Assembly: GCA_964016885.1 (NCBI GenBank)
Contig: OZ024742.1
Span: 180,916,001 to 180,980,000, forward strand
Reading direction: 5' to 3'
Source of the DNA: Eledone cirrhosa
Lineage: Eukaryota
DNA length: 64,000 nucleotides
Made by a program: the position numbers and the translations under genes. This document shows, one piece after another, positions 63,753-64,000 of the stretch. How positions within the stretch are numbered: the first letter of the stretch is position 1; every line of letters starts with the position of its first letter. The notes below the pieces were generated by a model. The model saw only the letters and a program-made list of their open reading frames with translations, was not told the DNA's origin and searched no databases.

Positions 63753-64000
63753 TGTGTGTATATGGTGTACATACACCCATGTATTAGAAAGACATGTCCA
63801 CACATAATATGAGTGCAAGTATATACATCTACATACACATTAACTCACCCATATACCTACATATACACCCACTAACTAACTTCTACTTCTACATATATTC
63901 ACACATTTATAAATCTCTAGAATTGTCTTGACACAAGCTAAAAAGGCTTGTCATTTTGTTAGTGAACAGATTGAATTCTGCAATGAAGAACCTAAATAAA

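Overview
AT-rich eukaryotic non-coding DNA, almost certainly animal. The repeat content (PHD-bearing RTE LINEs, tRNA/CORE-type SINEs, very long (TA)n and (CAT)n tracts) suggests a cephalopod such as octopus, which is an inference. I find no intact host gene, and most ORF-track entries are microsatellite artefacts or decayed transposon fragments. Recognisable elements are RTE, CR1, Tx1, HERO, R4-like and CRE-like LINE fragments, two Buster/Charlie hAT elements, a DD37D (maT) element, two Helitrons, a Mutator-like insert, a solo LTR and two SINE families. The most striking signal is a dense set of type I hammerhead ribozyme (HHR) motifs from several unrelated sequence families. They occur in two recurring architectures, mostly next to (TA)n: (1) fold-back insertions of about 70 bp to 3 kb whose two arms both point their 3' ends outward, two of which carry Penelope-like GIY-YIG remnants, and (2) 444-571 bp terminally redundant units that resemble retrozymes. 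All structures were folded and aligned by eye, and many boundaries are approximate.
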